Shown: positions 1 through 14,247, counted from the stretch's first letter. The stretch is 64,000 bases of DNA from Paramecium tetraurelia (GCA_000165425.1 CT868019.1:62001-126000); one strand, 5' to 3'. The notes: generated by a model not told the origin, from the sequence alone. Numbers and translations: made by a program.

Positions 1-727
1 TATTTTTTTATTATCCATTAAATTTGTTTAGTTATAGAAACTAGGTAATTGCTTTCACTTGAATTGCAACATAATAAAATATAAGGATGGTAAATAAGGT
101 TGCTCTATTTCTACTTAACTCATAGTTTGTTCTTCTGAATTATTTTTTGCGAAAGATTATATCAAAGTTTGACATTAATCCACATTCTCTTTTCCTAATA
201 AAAGCATAATACGCTTTTATTGTTTTCTTCTTAAATTATTTCCCCTTCGTACTAATATGAACCTTTAACTTATATTTGGTTAATGTAATTACAAGAACAG
301 CATCACAGCCTAAATTCTTACCATAACCAAGATAAGAACTTGCCTATAAGTTAATGTTAAGTCAAAATTAGTAATAATCAACTATTTTTGAACGCATTCA
401 TATAGAGGATTCTCCTACTCAAAGGCAAATAAATTCCATTATTATTCCCAAAATATATAATATCATAACCAAATCTGTGAGCTCATCAGATATTTTATGT
501 ATTTCTAACAAGTAATTATATGTAAGATAAAAAACCAACTCTCAAACTCAACAAATTTTAAATTCCATTTGCCATTCAATTGCTTTTATCTTTTAATTAG
601 AATTAATCCTCTATTAGAGTCCCATTCAAGTACTTTATTATTTTCATAGCAAAAATGGTAATATTATGAAATTATCAATGTTTTAGTTATATTAATTTAT
701 TTATACAAGGCTTATTTTGTCAATAAA

Positions 728-1318
728 ATGTACTAATTTAGATCTTCCATATATTATGAACCAAGTGATAGCGGCAGTGTCAAGTCGGTTTAGGTGGGAA
801 ATGCCAAATAAGATTAAGTTAGATATCTCACAGATCAATTATAAGCAGTGATTATGTTTAACGAAAAGCTTGAAAAAGAAATCAATACCTTAAAACAATA
901 AAATTAACAATTAAAATAATCAGTTGTTGATAAAGATAGGTTAATTTCAGAGGCTCAAGAATCCTCATCAAAAACCATAAGTAAATTGCAGTAATATAAT
1001 TGTTTTACTTTTAGTGTTCTATTATCAGAAAACAAAAAATTGTAAGAAATCGTGATTTCTACAAATAAAAACTTAAAAACTTCCAACAGCAAAGTTCAAT
1101 AACTTTAACAAGAAAATAATGTTTTAAAATAAACAATGCAATAATAAGAAGAATACCATGTAGAGGAAATGAAAAAAAGAGCCAATGAGCTTGAATAACA
1201 TTATCAGTTGATGTAAAATATTGTTTCAGATCTAACATCATAAGTTTCATAATTATGTGAGGAAAAATAAAGACTGTAAAATGAATTAGACGAAAAAAAT
1301 AAATTACAACAAAAATGA
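728..1318 (+). CDS. Hypothetical coiled-coil protein (1 intron, 991-1014)
   Basis: Code-6 frame MYQFRSSIYYEPSDSGSVKSVQ...ELDEKNKLQQK-TGA stays open after removing a 24-nt GTAAT..TTAG intron; Q/E/K heptad-rich. Confidence 0.75.
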
Positions 1319-1499
1319 ATGTTTATTATTTTGATAAAATTGATTAAAAATTAATAATAGTGTTTTTAATCTTCCGAAATAAAGAATGAAATTTTGTAAA
1401 AAACCCAAATTTGAATTTAAATATCCACGTAAACCAGAATTGTTACAAGATGTCTGAATTTAATCAAAGAAATAAATGAAAGTCAATAACTATTTTTTC

Positions 1500-3121
1500 C
1501 AATTCCTTTTTATTCTATCCATCTCTTAATAGAATAATAATTAATTTTAGTTATGATCTAAAATACAATTCAATATGCAAAATAATAATTGAAATAAATA
1601 AGAATACAAGCAAAGCTGCTTCAAAATTATCACAATTCCCATTCATTACAAATAATAATCTAGTTTTCTATCAAGTTCCCTAATATTATTTAAATTAGTT
1701 AAATTCAATATCCTTTTAATTTTATCAACTATTCTTAAATACACCTCTTAATCCACTACTAAACAAGCTCCTTTATGGTTCAATTCGCCTTTATTACATC
1801 TAAAATATTTGCATAATGTAAAGACTAAATCCTTAATTTACAATTAAATCTTACTTCATTTAATTACGCTTATTTTTTATGCTCTAAATAAGATTGCAAA
1901 ATCTATTTGATAAATTTCCAAACTTCCTTTAAACTTGGATCTGATTAGCAAAAGTAATCTTGAGGGGCACATTAAATAACTAGATCTTTTAAACATCTAA
2001 TAAACTTTTCGTTCTCTTTAAATTATTATTTTAGTGATTTAACACCTTCGATAACTTCCTGATTTAAAAGACTAAAGCTTGAATTGATATTTTTGCTATC
2101 AATAGTTAGGTTAAGTTCATCTGCTAATTATTTAAAAGTTTTTTCAAATTGTGTTAAATCGCATTTCTCAATTACAGAAATCTAATTATTAATCGATAGA
2201 TTATTAAATTCAAGATTCTACTTGAGTTCATGAAGTTACTGTCTAAATTAATCTACTTTAGCCAATAAAGCTTTATTTTCTCTTTCAAGTTATTAACACG
2301 AACACTCTTTTTTAGAGATGAAGTTTTAAGGAATTGCTAAAAATGAATAGATTCACTTCTTACAATTAATAAGATGCTTTTCTTATCTTATGTCTGTTAT
2401 TTTTCTAATATCTTTTTGACTTTTTTTGAGAGACATTAATTCTTTATTTTTTGATTAGATCTCCTATCTACACTCCTATAATTATTATTCATAAATTTCA
2501 ATTTATCTAACTTGCTATTAAATAATCTTATTTTTCTCATTTCTCAATAAATCAATTTATTAAGTCATATTTTTCAAAGTGCTTGTTAACTATTTTTAGA
2601 GTTCATCAATTAAACTATCTTTGGCTTCTATTTTTTATTAAAATTCACTGTAAACTTTACAAGGAGACGTTTACGATTGCATCGAGAGTTCAGTTACTTT
2701 TGAAAGATCTACACATTCTTACAATTCATTAATAACACTACTAAATATATATGATGATTAGAAATTACTTTTAAGATTTCCTAGTAACAACAGTGTCGCA
2801 ACTTTCAAATCTGAATTTAGGCGATAAAAATCCAGGATCATTTTCTTTTTATGAAATACTATGTTATCGTTTAGTTTTTAAAGGCTATAATTATGACTAA
2901 TCTGCATTGATTCCGAATGTATTTAAGGCTTTTGTAAAATAATCATGTTCATAAGATTTAGATCGTATGTGTCCAGGTATAGATTCAATTTTATTGCTTT
3001 GAGATTCATAGTTTTACAGAACATTAATTTCTGGTTATTTGGTGTTATATTGAAATTGCTTCTTTTTCTAAGGAGCTTGTGTAACTCTATTGTTGCAATC
3101 TGTTTAGTATTGGACTTTCAT
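1500..3121 (-). CDS. Hypothetical long coiled-coil protein (3' end approximate)
   Basis: Code-6 frame from MKVQYQTDCNNRV..., with EFQQKIEAKDSLIDELQKQLTSTLKNM-type heptads; stop not resolved. Confidence 0.55.
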
Positions 3122-3193
3122 AATTTGTATTTATTTCAAATTTATTTTACAAAAATTTCATCAACTGATATTATATTATTTTTTATTTAATAT

Positions 3194-3801
3194 TCATTGA
3201 TTTGCCAAACCTCCTACAAAGCAAGCAGCTGTAATTCTTGCTTGGGTATTTATATTCAATTTGATATCACTAAGATCCTTATCAATATTCTCCACATAAT
3301 CTATAATAAAATTAATAATCCCTTGAACATTGTATTTCTCTAAATGAGAATCTAAAATCAAGAAACTTATATCATATCCCTAAATTATTAAGATGAAAAC
3401 ATACTGGGATTGGCTTCCTTCTCAAAATTTCAAAATAATCAGCTCTCACGGCTAGATACTTGGCGAATTTCTCGCCTATTAATCTATCAACATCGTCTAA
3501 AGCTTTAATTGAAAAGCTAATCTATAGATTCTATAATATAGAATTACTCTTGTTGAATTAATCGAAGGTTCAATAACGCATTTTTCTTTTTCACCTCTAC
3601 ACAAATATATAGGGGACAAAACTAGTTGTCTAGTTTTTGATGAATAACTAAATATGATAGAAATGAATATTCTTACCCATTCAATTCAATTTCTGGTTTG
3701 CTTTATTTTTCAATGATTTCTGATGGAAATGATCTCAAACATAATGTAGCCTCTAATGTTTTTCTGATGGCATCTGAATAAACTTGATTTGCTGCTGCCA
3801 T
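3194..3801 (-). CDS. ARPC4: Arp2/3 complex subunit 4 (p20-Arc), 3 short introns
   Basis: MAAANQVYSDAIRKTLEATLCLRSFPSEIIEKQSKPEIE...EKEKCVIEPSINSTR...FEILRRKP..GYDISFLI...IDKDLSDIKLNINTQAR matches ARPC4 motifs. Confidence 0.93.
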
Positions 3802-5711
3802 TAGTATAATGTTTTATTAAATTTATATATATTTGAGAAATCAGATATAAAGAGAAATATTAATAATATGTATTACAACTATGTAATTGTTTAGTGCTCA
3901 TAAACACTCTTTTTTCAATAAATGGGAAATTGCAGTTTAGAAGTTGGAATAAATGTTATTAAAATATATTCATATAAATCAAATAGAAAAGTATAATTAA
4001 CTTATAAAATTTTAATTCTTTAAATATGCATAGTTCTCTTTCATCAAACAAATTATAATGTGATAAACATCCACATTTCAAGAATTAAAATTATAAACTA
4101 ATTTTAACATGGTTTTGAAAGGATTAGAAGGAATTTTGTGATAATATCAAATATTGTGTGATTGAATACCAATGTTGGATGATTTTACAACTGATAATTC
4201 TTCAATTCATAGATTCACATAAGATTTAGTAATTTAATAAAAAAAAAATTGCAAGATATTAATTATTAGAAGATTTAATAGATTAAGAGTTATAAATACT
4301 ACTTCTTCATTCTTTTCTAGTTAGTTTTTAGAAAAAGGAATGAATAAATTACTTTGCTGAATAATTCTTAAAATAATATTGCTTTTTCAGATTAAATGAC
4401 AAAATATTAAACTGATGACAAAATTTTAGAATAACTCAGAACAATATAGAATTCGAGAAATAGAATAAATTTAAACTCAATTTTATTCTACAAACCATCC
4501 TTATGTATTAAAGTATTTGATTTCAGCTATAAAATAGCAAAGAATAAAGCCTTACTATATTTTTATTATTAGAAAAAATAAAATGATCACAATCCCTATC
4601 TTATTAATAATAAGAAGATAACACTAAAACAAAACTTTTGGAAATAGAATAAAAACATAATAATGGAATATTCTGCAATATGAATAATGTAATAACTATT
4701 TTCGAAAATCTAAAGATGCAAGGAATTAATATTAACTATAATATATAATGTTTAAATACCAAGTTTAGTTTGTATCTTCTCCGATGAAGAGAACTTTAAA
4801 TTCCCTTTGATAATTAGGAGTTCCTATATGCTTAAAACGATCTTGTAATATAAACTAAGTGAAAAAAATAGTTTCCAAGTGAATGCAATTCTTCTCGATG
4901 TTGGGAGATCTAATATTATCAATAAAGGAAATTGTACCAACAAAAAGATGTATGTGAAACATCGTTAATACATAATGCACCGATTGTTTTAATATTTTTT
5001 CATTTATTCGTCAATTATTTCAATATAAGTGGTTATGACTCAATTTTATAAATTTTCTTTTGCACTAATTTTTAATTGATAAGCAAAACAACAGTAATAT
5101 ATTTTTTTATTTTAATAAAACCTACATATTTATAAATCTTAATCAATATTATGAAAATATATCATTTCTTGTTCTCTTCATCTCACAATATCTGTAATAT
5201 TTTTTGTTTGTTATTTTCTGAAATTAGCTTTCGTATAACCTTTATTGAATTAAAAAATAAAAATTTACTTCATAAATTCTAATCTATGTATCAAATTCTA
5301 ACAAGTATGCTTAATGCTTTACTACAGACCAATTGAAAATAAAATTACCTGTAGATAATAATTGTTGGAGAATCCATGCAATTCCAATAGCTTAGCAAAG
5401 TGCTATATTATATGGAAAATAATAAACAACTTACGAAATATGATTTATAGATTAAGAAATGGCACTAGAAACATTGATTTCTTGTCAATAGACAGCTAAA
5501 GAAAGATACAATAATGTTGCTAATAGATGCTGAACTATTGCAGCTCTCAACAATCTCTCAATAAATACTCATTTAACTTCTTCAAATTGATCCAAAATGA
5601 TGCTTTAAGAGGATACTAATTTTAAATACTAAATTGCTCAGTATTAATCCCTCATTTCCTTATTTAAAAACTTAAAATCTCTTAAGCAAAATTTACATTA
5701 TTTAAAAAAAT

Positions 5712-6010
5712 ATGGGCATTTGTAATACCAAAAAGCAATGTTAAAACACTATGAACACTAATCCAACTTCATAATATTCAACCAACCCTTCAATTCTAGA
5801 AAAAATAACTAATCCAAAAAAAAAAAAATAAAAACCTAATATGAATATTGTTGTTTCATCTGAACCTTAACAATACGATCCATTAAGTAACTAATTGTCC
5901 TTATTCAAGATCCTCATAGATAATTTAATGTAATTATAAATGGTGTGAGATTTGAGATAATCAACTCAATTGAAAACTGTATTATTTCTAATGAGGAATT
6001 AGAGGAGTGA
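5712..6010 (+). CDS. Small putatively N-myristoylated/palmitoylated protein (paralog of 8661-8956), 1 intron
   Basis: MGICNTKK...YDPL^NPHRQFNVIINGVRFEIINSIE...EE-TGA; 23-nt intron 5887-5909. Confidence 0.75.
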
Positions 6011-6282
6011 ATAATTATCGAAAGATGTATCATGTACATGATTATATGTCTAATTATTTATAATTAAAATCAAATGACATCTTATATTTATTATATTAAA
6101 GATAAGAAATCTTTTCACAAGATATATTATGATTACAAGTAGTTAAATAGACTGAAAACAAGGTCTTAATGCACATGGTTTCTTGAGAATTGAAGAAGAG
6201 ACGAATTTCTAAATTGTCAAGTTTAAATTGTTTAATTATTTTCTATTTGTTTCATTTCATAAAGTTACTTGAATAAAATAAT

Positions 6283-7455
6283 TCAGAGATCAGCAATACT
6301 TCTTCTTATCATCTTTTATCTTCCCATTAGACTTTCATCAGCTTATTACTATTATAGCAAAATAATCTAAAATATTTCTTAAATGAATACTTATGTTTAG
6401 AATGATTTTTTTAAGTTATCTAATTGGTATGAGTAAGCCTATTCTAACCTCTTCTTTTAGTTCTCCATCATTTGACTAAATTACATATTATTGGTTTGGG
6501 AATGCACTTCTAACTTATCTAATAACACCTCTTATTCTCTTATCGTATTATTTTAAGATTAAATTATTAAATTTTACTTGTATGTTTCCTCCTTGAGTTC
6601 ATTGCACTTCATTGTGAGCTAGACTTAAATATGATGGGTTACTTATTCTAAAGATGTACGAAGTTGTGCTATTTAGCTTTTTTAAATTTCTAATTCATTC
6701 TCATATTCCTAAACAATAATATCATAGTTATTTTTTAATGACTTTTTTTACAGTTAGTTTTCGTTAAGATTCTATTCCTATGAATTTTAAAGGTTGAACA
6801 GTTCTGCCTTCAATTTTTAAATATCCTTCTCATTTTAATCAAGTATTGATGTTTTATCTAATATTTCTATTTTTAACAATTAAATTTATGAAAGTTGATT
6901 ATTTATTTATTCGTTAAGCTTTTTTTCTTTTTGAACTAATTCATCGATTTTAATAAGGACCTCCTACTTCTCTTTTCCATGTTGCTTTAATAGTTTTGAG
7001 TAATAGCTCTAAATCTCTTCTATGCGTAATTAATGTTATTCGTTTAGCAAATCCTCCCTTTGAGGCTGCTCTGACTTTAGCTAATTAATTTCCTCTTGGT
7101 ATTTATTGATCAATGAGAGGATGTCTTGTGATTCCTTCTTGAGATTTTAGATCTTTAAGGTGCTAATTTATTCTTCCTGATTTAACTGAGCTCTATATTT
7201 TGAGTTGGTTTGAATTAGCGTTTCTATTTCAGCATTTTTTATTCCTATTATTTCTTTTAACTTGTTAATTTCCTACTCATTTATTTTTTGCACTCCCAGA
7301 AATCCTTGTTTTTGAGTCTCCAATAGGCTTTCATATTATTCTTTAGTTTTTGTTCTTACCAATTCTAATTGCATTTAATGGTCCTTTAACAAAATCGATT
7401 ATTTGTTTCTAATATTTTCTAATTCAGATCTTAAGTGAACACAATCGCAACTCAT
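6283..7455 (-). CDS. Hypothetical coiled-coil protein (ends approximate)
   Basis: MSCDCVHLRSELENIRNKQSILLKDHQMQLELVRTKTKEQYESLLETQK...; exon structure not fully resolved. Confidence 0.5.
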
Positions 7456-8660
7456 CTTTATGATAAATAATAAATGATAATTAAGTATAAATTTTAATAA
7501 TTATTTGTTATTTTTTGCAATTCAAATAATGATTAAAATAAAATTTATGAAGCAAGATATATTCTAGTAATATTGAGATCCAAATATTTTATATTTTTTG
7601 ATTTTATGTTGGAAAAAATATGATGCTTTTGTTAAAATGTTTTTAATTTTATAAAATGGTAGGAAGTTAAGAAAATGAAAATAAAACAATTTAAGAACAA
7701 TTCCTAAATAAAATTATTAATTACTTTATTCCTTTAACACATTAAGCTAATCCATATAGTTCATATTGAATTGCCATCACTTCAAATTAAAAATATAATC
7801 CCCCTTTCAACTCAAGAGAAATTGTAAATTTTTTTGGAATAAATTTATATTATAATTAAAAATAGCCAAAGAAATTATTACATTCCTCAGAAATGTTCTC
7901 GTCTATGCAGTTCTGATTTTCTTTGAATTTTTTTAAACAAAGGTAGCAGTTCTAACATATATTAGATTTACATATTTTATATGAAATTTTAAATTATGAC
8001 GTCTTAAAACTAAAAATATAAGGTTGATTGGAATATTCAAAATAGTATTATTCTATTATATGATTACTATTTATAATATATACAAACTTATTATATCATC
8101 AAATAATGTTTACAATATTTATAATTAGGGAAACTTGGGTCATCAAACCCAAAATTTATATAATTTCATGATTATATTGACTATTTAGTTAGTGATTATA
8201 TCCATAGATCATATATAATTTATTGTAAGTCTTGCATATTCAGAAAAACTTATCAACTATTATTTAAATTGATCATTGTTTGAAACTTATAATTTTGATA
8301 AAAAATTTACTAAGTTCTCAGGGCTTCACTATATTATGTTATAAATTTATTTTTAAATTAAGTAAATTAAAAAATAACGACTTCGAAAATGTGCAAGCAA
8401 ACTCGAATATTTCTGCAGAAATATGGAGGATTTTAATTTTTTAAATAGAAATTGGTTAATAATTATTATTAGGCGATGATAAATGTATGACACTTACATT
8501 TTAACTTATTTTGCAAGTTCTGATTGAATATTAAATTTTCTGAGTTATTTTCAAAAATTAGCTGACATTATCCGAAAAATTGTATAAACATAATATAAAT
8601 TCTCTATATTAGTATCTGTAAAATATTACTACATAATAATAATTAATATTTATTTAAACA

Positions 8661-8956
8661 ATGGGAGTTTGTGTTTCGAAGGAAAAGAAAAACAAAAGCT
8701 TCAAATGCGCTACAAAGTCTTAATTAAACCTTTAAAATTTTATGATAACTTAAGATAAATAAACGACTACTTTATATCACTCAACTAAAATCCAAGCTGA
8801 AGTTTAACCGAGAGAATATGATTATACAAGTGATAAATATGTATATCTTTAGATCCACATCGATAATACAATGTATTATTAAATGGAGTGGTTTTTGCAG
8901 TTGTGAATTCTGTTGAGAGATCTTTCAACGAAGAGCCAATCAATAATGAAGGTTGA
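8661..8956 (+). CDS. Small putatively N-myristoylated/palmitoylated protein (paralog of 5712-6010), 1 intron
   Basis: MGVCVSKEKK...YDYT^NPHRYNNVLLNGVVFAVVNSVE...EG-TGA; 23-nt intron 8830-8852. Confidence 0.75.
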
Positions 8957-10171
8957 TAAATGTATTTTTTATGTTCTAAGAATAATCTATCATCGTAGCA
9001 TAGACTTTCATTTTCTTACTACCTAGAATTCAAATTTTTTATATGTTTCTACTTATTATATCTTTTAAATATCAAAATTATTAAAAATATTATTATCAAT
9101 CAATAGAATTAGAGAGTAAATTAAGAAAGTAAAATATCTGTCAGAGGAAAATATTCTTAAGTTAGAGGATTTTCACATTGTCTTTATTTTGAAATATGGA
9201 TAATATCATTTTTAATATTTTTCACAAAAACATTTGATAAATGCCAAAAATAGCAATAAAAAATCTAGTAAATTCTGATAGAAAATAAGCTAACTTCTGG
9301 TTTCGTTTCAAGTATGTCTTGTTGCTCTATAAGTCTATGATAGATCCCCTTAATTTGAGACCTGTTCCTATTCTTGAGAAATTTATTAAAAGAACTCCTT
9401 AAAATTTCTACGTTAGTTCTTATGGAAAAAGGAACATATCTCCTCTTTACTTATAAGGATATAATGATATTTCTTGAATTCTAATAAATGAGAAAGAGCT
9501 CAAAAATAAGTGAAATTAACAGTATGGTATTTCTATTTTTAATAAATCATTTACTTTATAATTTTCTGTTTGTCAACAAGAGTGATAGCTTTCCGAGGAA
9601 AACACTGGCTAGGATGACATACAAAAATTGGAATTGATCATCTTTTTCATACTTTCCCTTTAATAATAACGAGGGGGAAAAATTATTAAGAATACCCCTA
9701 ATTAGAAATTAAAAGCATTGATTATGTAGGATTATTAGAAATGCTCTGATCTCAGGAGATTTAAATCGTCATCCTATATGTTATACTTTTCGTAGAATAA
9801 TATTCTTTCATAATTCTTTTCAATCTTTGGACATTCTATATCATGACAACTAGGTGGCTTTATTGCTAAGAAAATAAGTATCTGAATTCCGGCTATAATC
9901 GTAAATATTAAAATTCTTAGTATCTTTGAACGTCCTAAAATAAAAATATTAATTCCATAAGGAAGAAGTGCCAGAACATTTTAATAATTCTTATCCATTA
10001 AATATAATTGATAATTTTTTAATCTATAAATTAATACATCTTTCATCATTGCAATTCAATTGGTTGCAACAATCATGAAGCAGAAACTCTGGAATTATAC
10101 TAATTTCTAGCAAAGATTAATATATATATATACATAAATATAGTATTTATTTAATTTCTCAAAAAATTAAT

Positions 10172-11245
10172 ATGTTGGATGACATTACTAGTTCAAAAAG
10201 TTGTTTGGAACAAGATCTTGGACCTGATAATTAATCACATTTCTTAGAAAAGTACTTTTATGACTTAATTACTGATAATTGTGATCAAATATTAACAAAC
10301 ACCTTATATAGATCCTTAATTGAACAAATTTCAGATAAGAAATAATTGGAAACTATCCTTACTAGATATATCTAGGATTAAATTGAGTTGCAACAACGTT
10401 AAAAGATTCATTCCAAATATTTTTTTGCCAAATCAGCAGTTCCTTTCAAAAAGTTATTGTAATAGTTTAGACAATTGTTGATTCCAGAGGAAAATGTAAG
10501 CCATACAAGTAGTACATTAAGTTAATCCTTTGAAAAAAACAATAAAAGCAGATTTTTCAAGAATTCTGACTTTATAGAATTGTATGAAAATTAACCCTTC
10601 GAAGAAATGGCTGAACTAAACAAAGGAGAGCTTATATACATTGATGTTAGGTTTCGTATTACAAATTCATAATTAAAAGATGAACTTTACAAAATACGAT
10701 CTCATATCTTGAAATAATTACTTTATTAAACTAATACTGATGAAAAGTATATATTTAAAATATTCATAGTTTCTTTTAAACTTTTAATGATTATTATCGA
10801 TTAAAAACAATTACAGTTCTACTTTTTGTTAATGGAGACATTAATTTTGATTATGAAAAGTATTTTGACTTCAAGGAATTGCAAGTTGGATAGAAGAGAT
10901 TCTTGATCAAACTTAAAGTAAATTCTTTATAAATTATAAAGGTTTGTTATGTCTCAGCAAATAGACTCTACTCTAATTTTTGTATCTCAAACAACATTAT
11001 TAGCCATACTATTACATAATAGAATATGGCATTTTATGAATTGAAGAGGTACGGTCAGTGTAAAGTGATTATAAATAAAACAATTGGAGAATTAAGAAGA
11101 ATGAAATAGAAAAGCAAATTACAGCATTTTTAAAGATTATAAATTATACATCTTAGCATTAGGTAGTATGGCAACTATAGGGTTATTGTGGAATAGTTTT
11201 TCAAAAAAAGGGAATTATGATAGGGAATTAATTAGAAAACAATGA
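10172..11245 (+). CDS. Hypothetical protein, possible C-terminal hydrophobic anchor
   Basis: Long code-6 frame MLDDITSSKSCLEQDLGPDNQSHFLEKYFYDL...; the end contains LALGSMATIGLLWNSF; at least one intron is inferred. Confidence 0.55.
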
Positions 11246-11294
11246 GTATACTGTTAATATTTTATAAATTTTATTTATTTAACTGGCTAATAGA

Positions 11295-12296
11295 ATGAAC
11301 TAACCAAATCATGTTATTTCAGAGAATCTCGTGATTTCATAACCACTTTATGACAATGACTAAGCAGCATAATCTATATACGATAAATACCTAAGAGACT
11401 GTTCTTTAATACCAATCAGATTGATTGAGGAATCGAAGGAAACTTAAGAAAGACCCTTTGCAGGAACAAGGCAAAGTAGTTAACAATAATAAAATCAAAG
11501 GAATGGACACAATGTTTAGGAGTTTAGTTCTTTGGAGAGGGAATAAAGAAACAGAAACTAATAATAAACGTATCAAGCAAATTATTAGTAAGATCAATAA
11601 TATTAATAATATCAAAATAATCAAATTAGATATCCTCATTAGAATATGTATTATCATCAAAGATAACAGAATTAGTTGTAAAATTATTATTATGACTAAT
11701 AATTCCATTATCATTAAAATAGAAGAAACTACTAAAATCATAGAATGGAATAAGAATATTATGGCCATCATCAAATGAGGAGGTAAGAGTAAGGCAAAAA
11801 TTCGCCGTCATTGCCGGTCATTCTGNNNNNNNNNNNNNNNNNNNNNNNNNNNNNNNNNNNNNNNNNNNNNNNNNNNNNNNNNNNNNNNNNNNNNNNNNNN
11901 NNNNNNNNNNNNNNNNNNNNNNNNNNNNNNNNNNNNNNNNNNNNNNNNNNNNNNNNNGGGAAAAGAGGAAAGGCCCAAAAGAAAGAATCCCTCCCTTTAC
12001 CCCAAAATTATGGGGTTGGAATTAAAAATAAAATTTCAGCTTTTGAGGGAGGTTGGTAAAAAGAAAAAACCAAAGCATAAATTTTGGGATGAAAAAAAAC
12101 AAGAAATCAGGCCTTTTGTATTTCACATTTTAAGAAAAATGAAAAAAATAGATTTTCTACCTTTTTTTGCATAGGTATTATTGTTTTCTATATTTTTGAT
12201 TTCATTCAGGGGTGTGTTGATTCTTGGTTGGCCACTAAAGGATCATGTCCCTTGTGCAAAAAGTATGTCCGGTCCTTAGTTTAATAATTTTCATGA
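11295..12296 (+). CDS. Q/N-rich protein with C-terminal RING-type finger, interrupted by assembly gap
   Basis: MNQPNHVISENL... Q-rich N-terminus; after the gap GCVDSWLATKGSCPLCKK-type RING tail; joining across the gap is assumed and the flank is low quality. Confidence 0.55.
11826..11957. other. Assembly gap (132 N)
   Basis: Run of n characters. Confidence 1.
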
Positions 12297-12375
12297 AGCG
12301 AAATCTACATAATTACTTTAAAATAATTTATTATAAGGATTAAAAAAATATTGATAAAGAAAATACAAAATAGAA

Positions 12376-13116
12376 TCATTTGTTCAAATTCTCAGGGAAA
12401 AATTTCGTTTTTTGAGATACAAATTTTCTTTTTACTTTTACAGGAAGCTGTAATTCATCCTCTTCTTTTATCACTTCTGTGGCTATTCTCCCATTTTACA
12501 TATTAATTACCTTCACGCGTTTATAAAATTCAACTTTTCTTTAAGTACTTGAGTCATCCAATTGGGAATTCTCAAGATTGTTTTATAATATTTGAGATTC
12601 TAGGTCTGTTTAACTTTAAGTTTAGTTCTTTACTTTCCTGTTGAATCTATTTTGTAATGATCTTTAGGATTCCTAATTTGGGAAGCTCAACTGCTCCTCT
12701 ATCATTTTAATAAACATATGTGATTCCCTTCTTTATTTGTGGAGTCCTGGCAATATAATATGAGAATCACTGAGAGAATTTTATTGAGAAAAAATATTTT
12801 GCAATTAGACTTTAAGTTGATTGTGTTTGGATTCGGGCATCAAGTTTAATGGTTTATTAATTTGCTGTGATGAGTTTTATTAAATCTTCGGAAATCGGAT
12901 TGTAACTTCTTATACTCGATCAGTCTGAGCCCCTTGTTGATAAATACCTTCTGGTTTGTCACTTTAAAAGTTTTCAGTTTAGCCATTTTTATGTTGTTCT
13001 AGATTATTAAGAAATGAAGCAGGCTTTTAAAACCTAAATATTTAAGATTTGGGTTAGGGACTATTTTCAACCTTAAAGTCTGGTTATGATGATATTTTAT
13101 GATGTAAAGTTAGCAT
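12376..13116 (-). CDS. Hypothetical low-complexity basic protein
   Basis: MLTLHHKISSQPDFKVENSPQPKSQ... ending KFVSQKTKFFPENLNK-TGA; internal frame not fully verified. Confidence 0.45.
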
Positions 13117-13397
13117 AATTATTAATTTTAAGTCAGAAAAAACTTGAAATTTATAATCATATCTCATTAAAATAGTATTTGGATGATAAGCTTATTTATA
13201 ATTTCTATAAAGTTTTATCTTAATTTATACATTCAATTTAGAATTTTTATGATACATCCTTTACAAAATTCAGAATACAGGCATAATAAGTTACAGAATA
13301 ATCGTAATATTAATTACAATTATTAATAGTTCAAATCAGATAATATATATTGGGAAATTTGGCAATTAAAGTTATTTATTAACCATTATAATAAAAT

Positions 13398-14216
13398 TCA
13401 AGAATTTTGTTCAATAATTTCATTATTCACACCCTGTTTATTCGATCTCCTTGTTTTTTTATTCTTGATTTTATGTCTTCTTTTTTTGATACTTTTAGTG
13501 ACTTTCCCTAATTTCTTCTTAACAGATAAAGGATTCGGTCCTTTTGCCGGTTTCTTGATTTTTATAGCTAGTTCCTAGGCTAACTTTCTTTCTCTCTCCA
13601 TTCTCTTTTCTGCTTATTATTATTTGATTTCCTTTTTAATTGGCATAATTATCTATTACTCCTATTCATTAGGCAAGTATTTTATTTCTTTTAGACTCTT
13701 AATTCTCATCTTACAAGTCCTAGATGGTTCTGCCATTTCAAATAGATTGTTTTAAAAGAGATAACAAACAGGCACATGATCTATTTACAATAAATTGGAT
13801 CTTAATTCATCATCTTATGTACAAACCCAAAAATAATTATTGTCTCCTCCAAACTCTGGTTTTGGTTTGACAATATCTAATAAGCATTCAGCTGGACTCA
13901 CCCCCTCTATATGCTTACAATTAATCTTAGATAATCCTTGAGCATATTTGAAGACTCTTGGAAATAAATGCTATAAACTGGTTAATTCTCTGAGTACGCA
14001 GATAGTGGTGTGTTTCCAGATTTTAGCTTTTGTGTGTTTAAAAAGTTACTATGAAATATGCATGAAATAAAATACTTTATCAAGATCAACATTATGATCG
14101 AGCATTTACTTTATAAAATTTCCATCAAAGACTAATTGATAAGGTGGCTGAAATGAAAAATTTATTCTATAAAAGGATAAATTCTTTTTGAAGCCTTTAG
14201 TCTTTTTAGCTTTCAT
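13398..14216 (-). CDS. UTP23: rRNA-processing protein UTP23 (PIN/Fcf1 family)
   Basis: FYRINFSFQPPYQLVFDGNF...TTICVLREL...CKH...PAECL...VCTQDDELR...KGPNPLSVKKK. Confidence 0.9.
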
Positions 14217-14247
14217 TAAAAATTAAAATAAATTATAATAAAATTAG

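Noticed and set aside
4026..5700. Coding-like fragments (CDKHPH..., YCSSQQSLNK)
   Set aside because: TGA stops interrupt the frames I tried and no family is recognisable; possibly a decayed gene but unsupported
9000..10100. Possible minus-strand membrane protein or plus-strand ORF
   Set aside because: No consistent start, splice and stop model could be built
11406..12059. Overlapping I/N/L-rich ORFs on both strands in the ORF track
   Set aside because: Off-frame or antisense shadows of a Gln-rich (TAA/CAA) coding region next to the N gap
11958..12200. G/A homopolymer-rich stretch with CCCCAAAA/GGGGTT resembling telomere or foreign DNA
   Set aside because: No tandem telomeric repeat; looks like low-quality read end beside the gap
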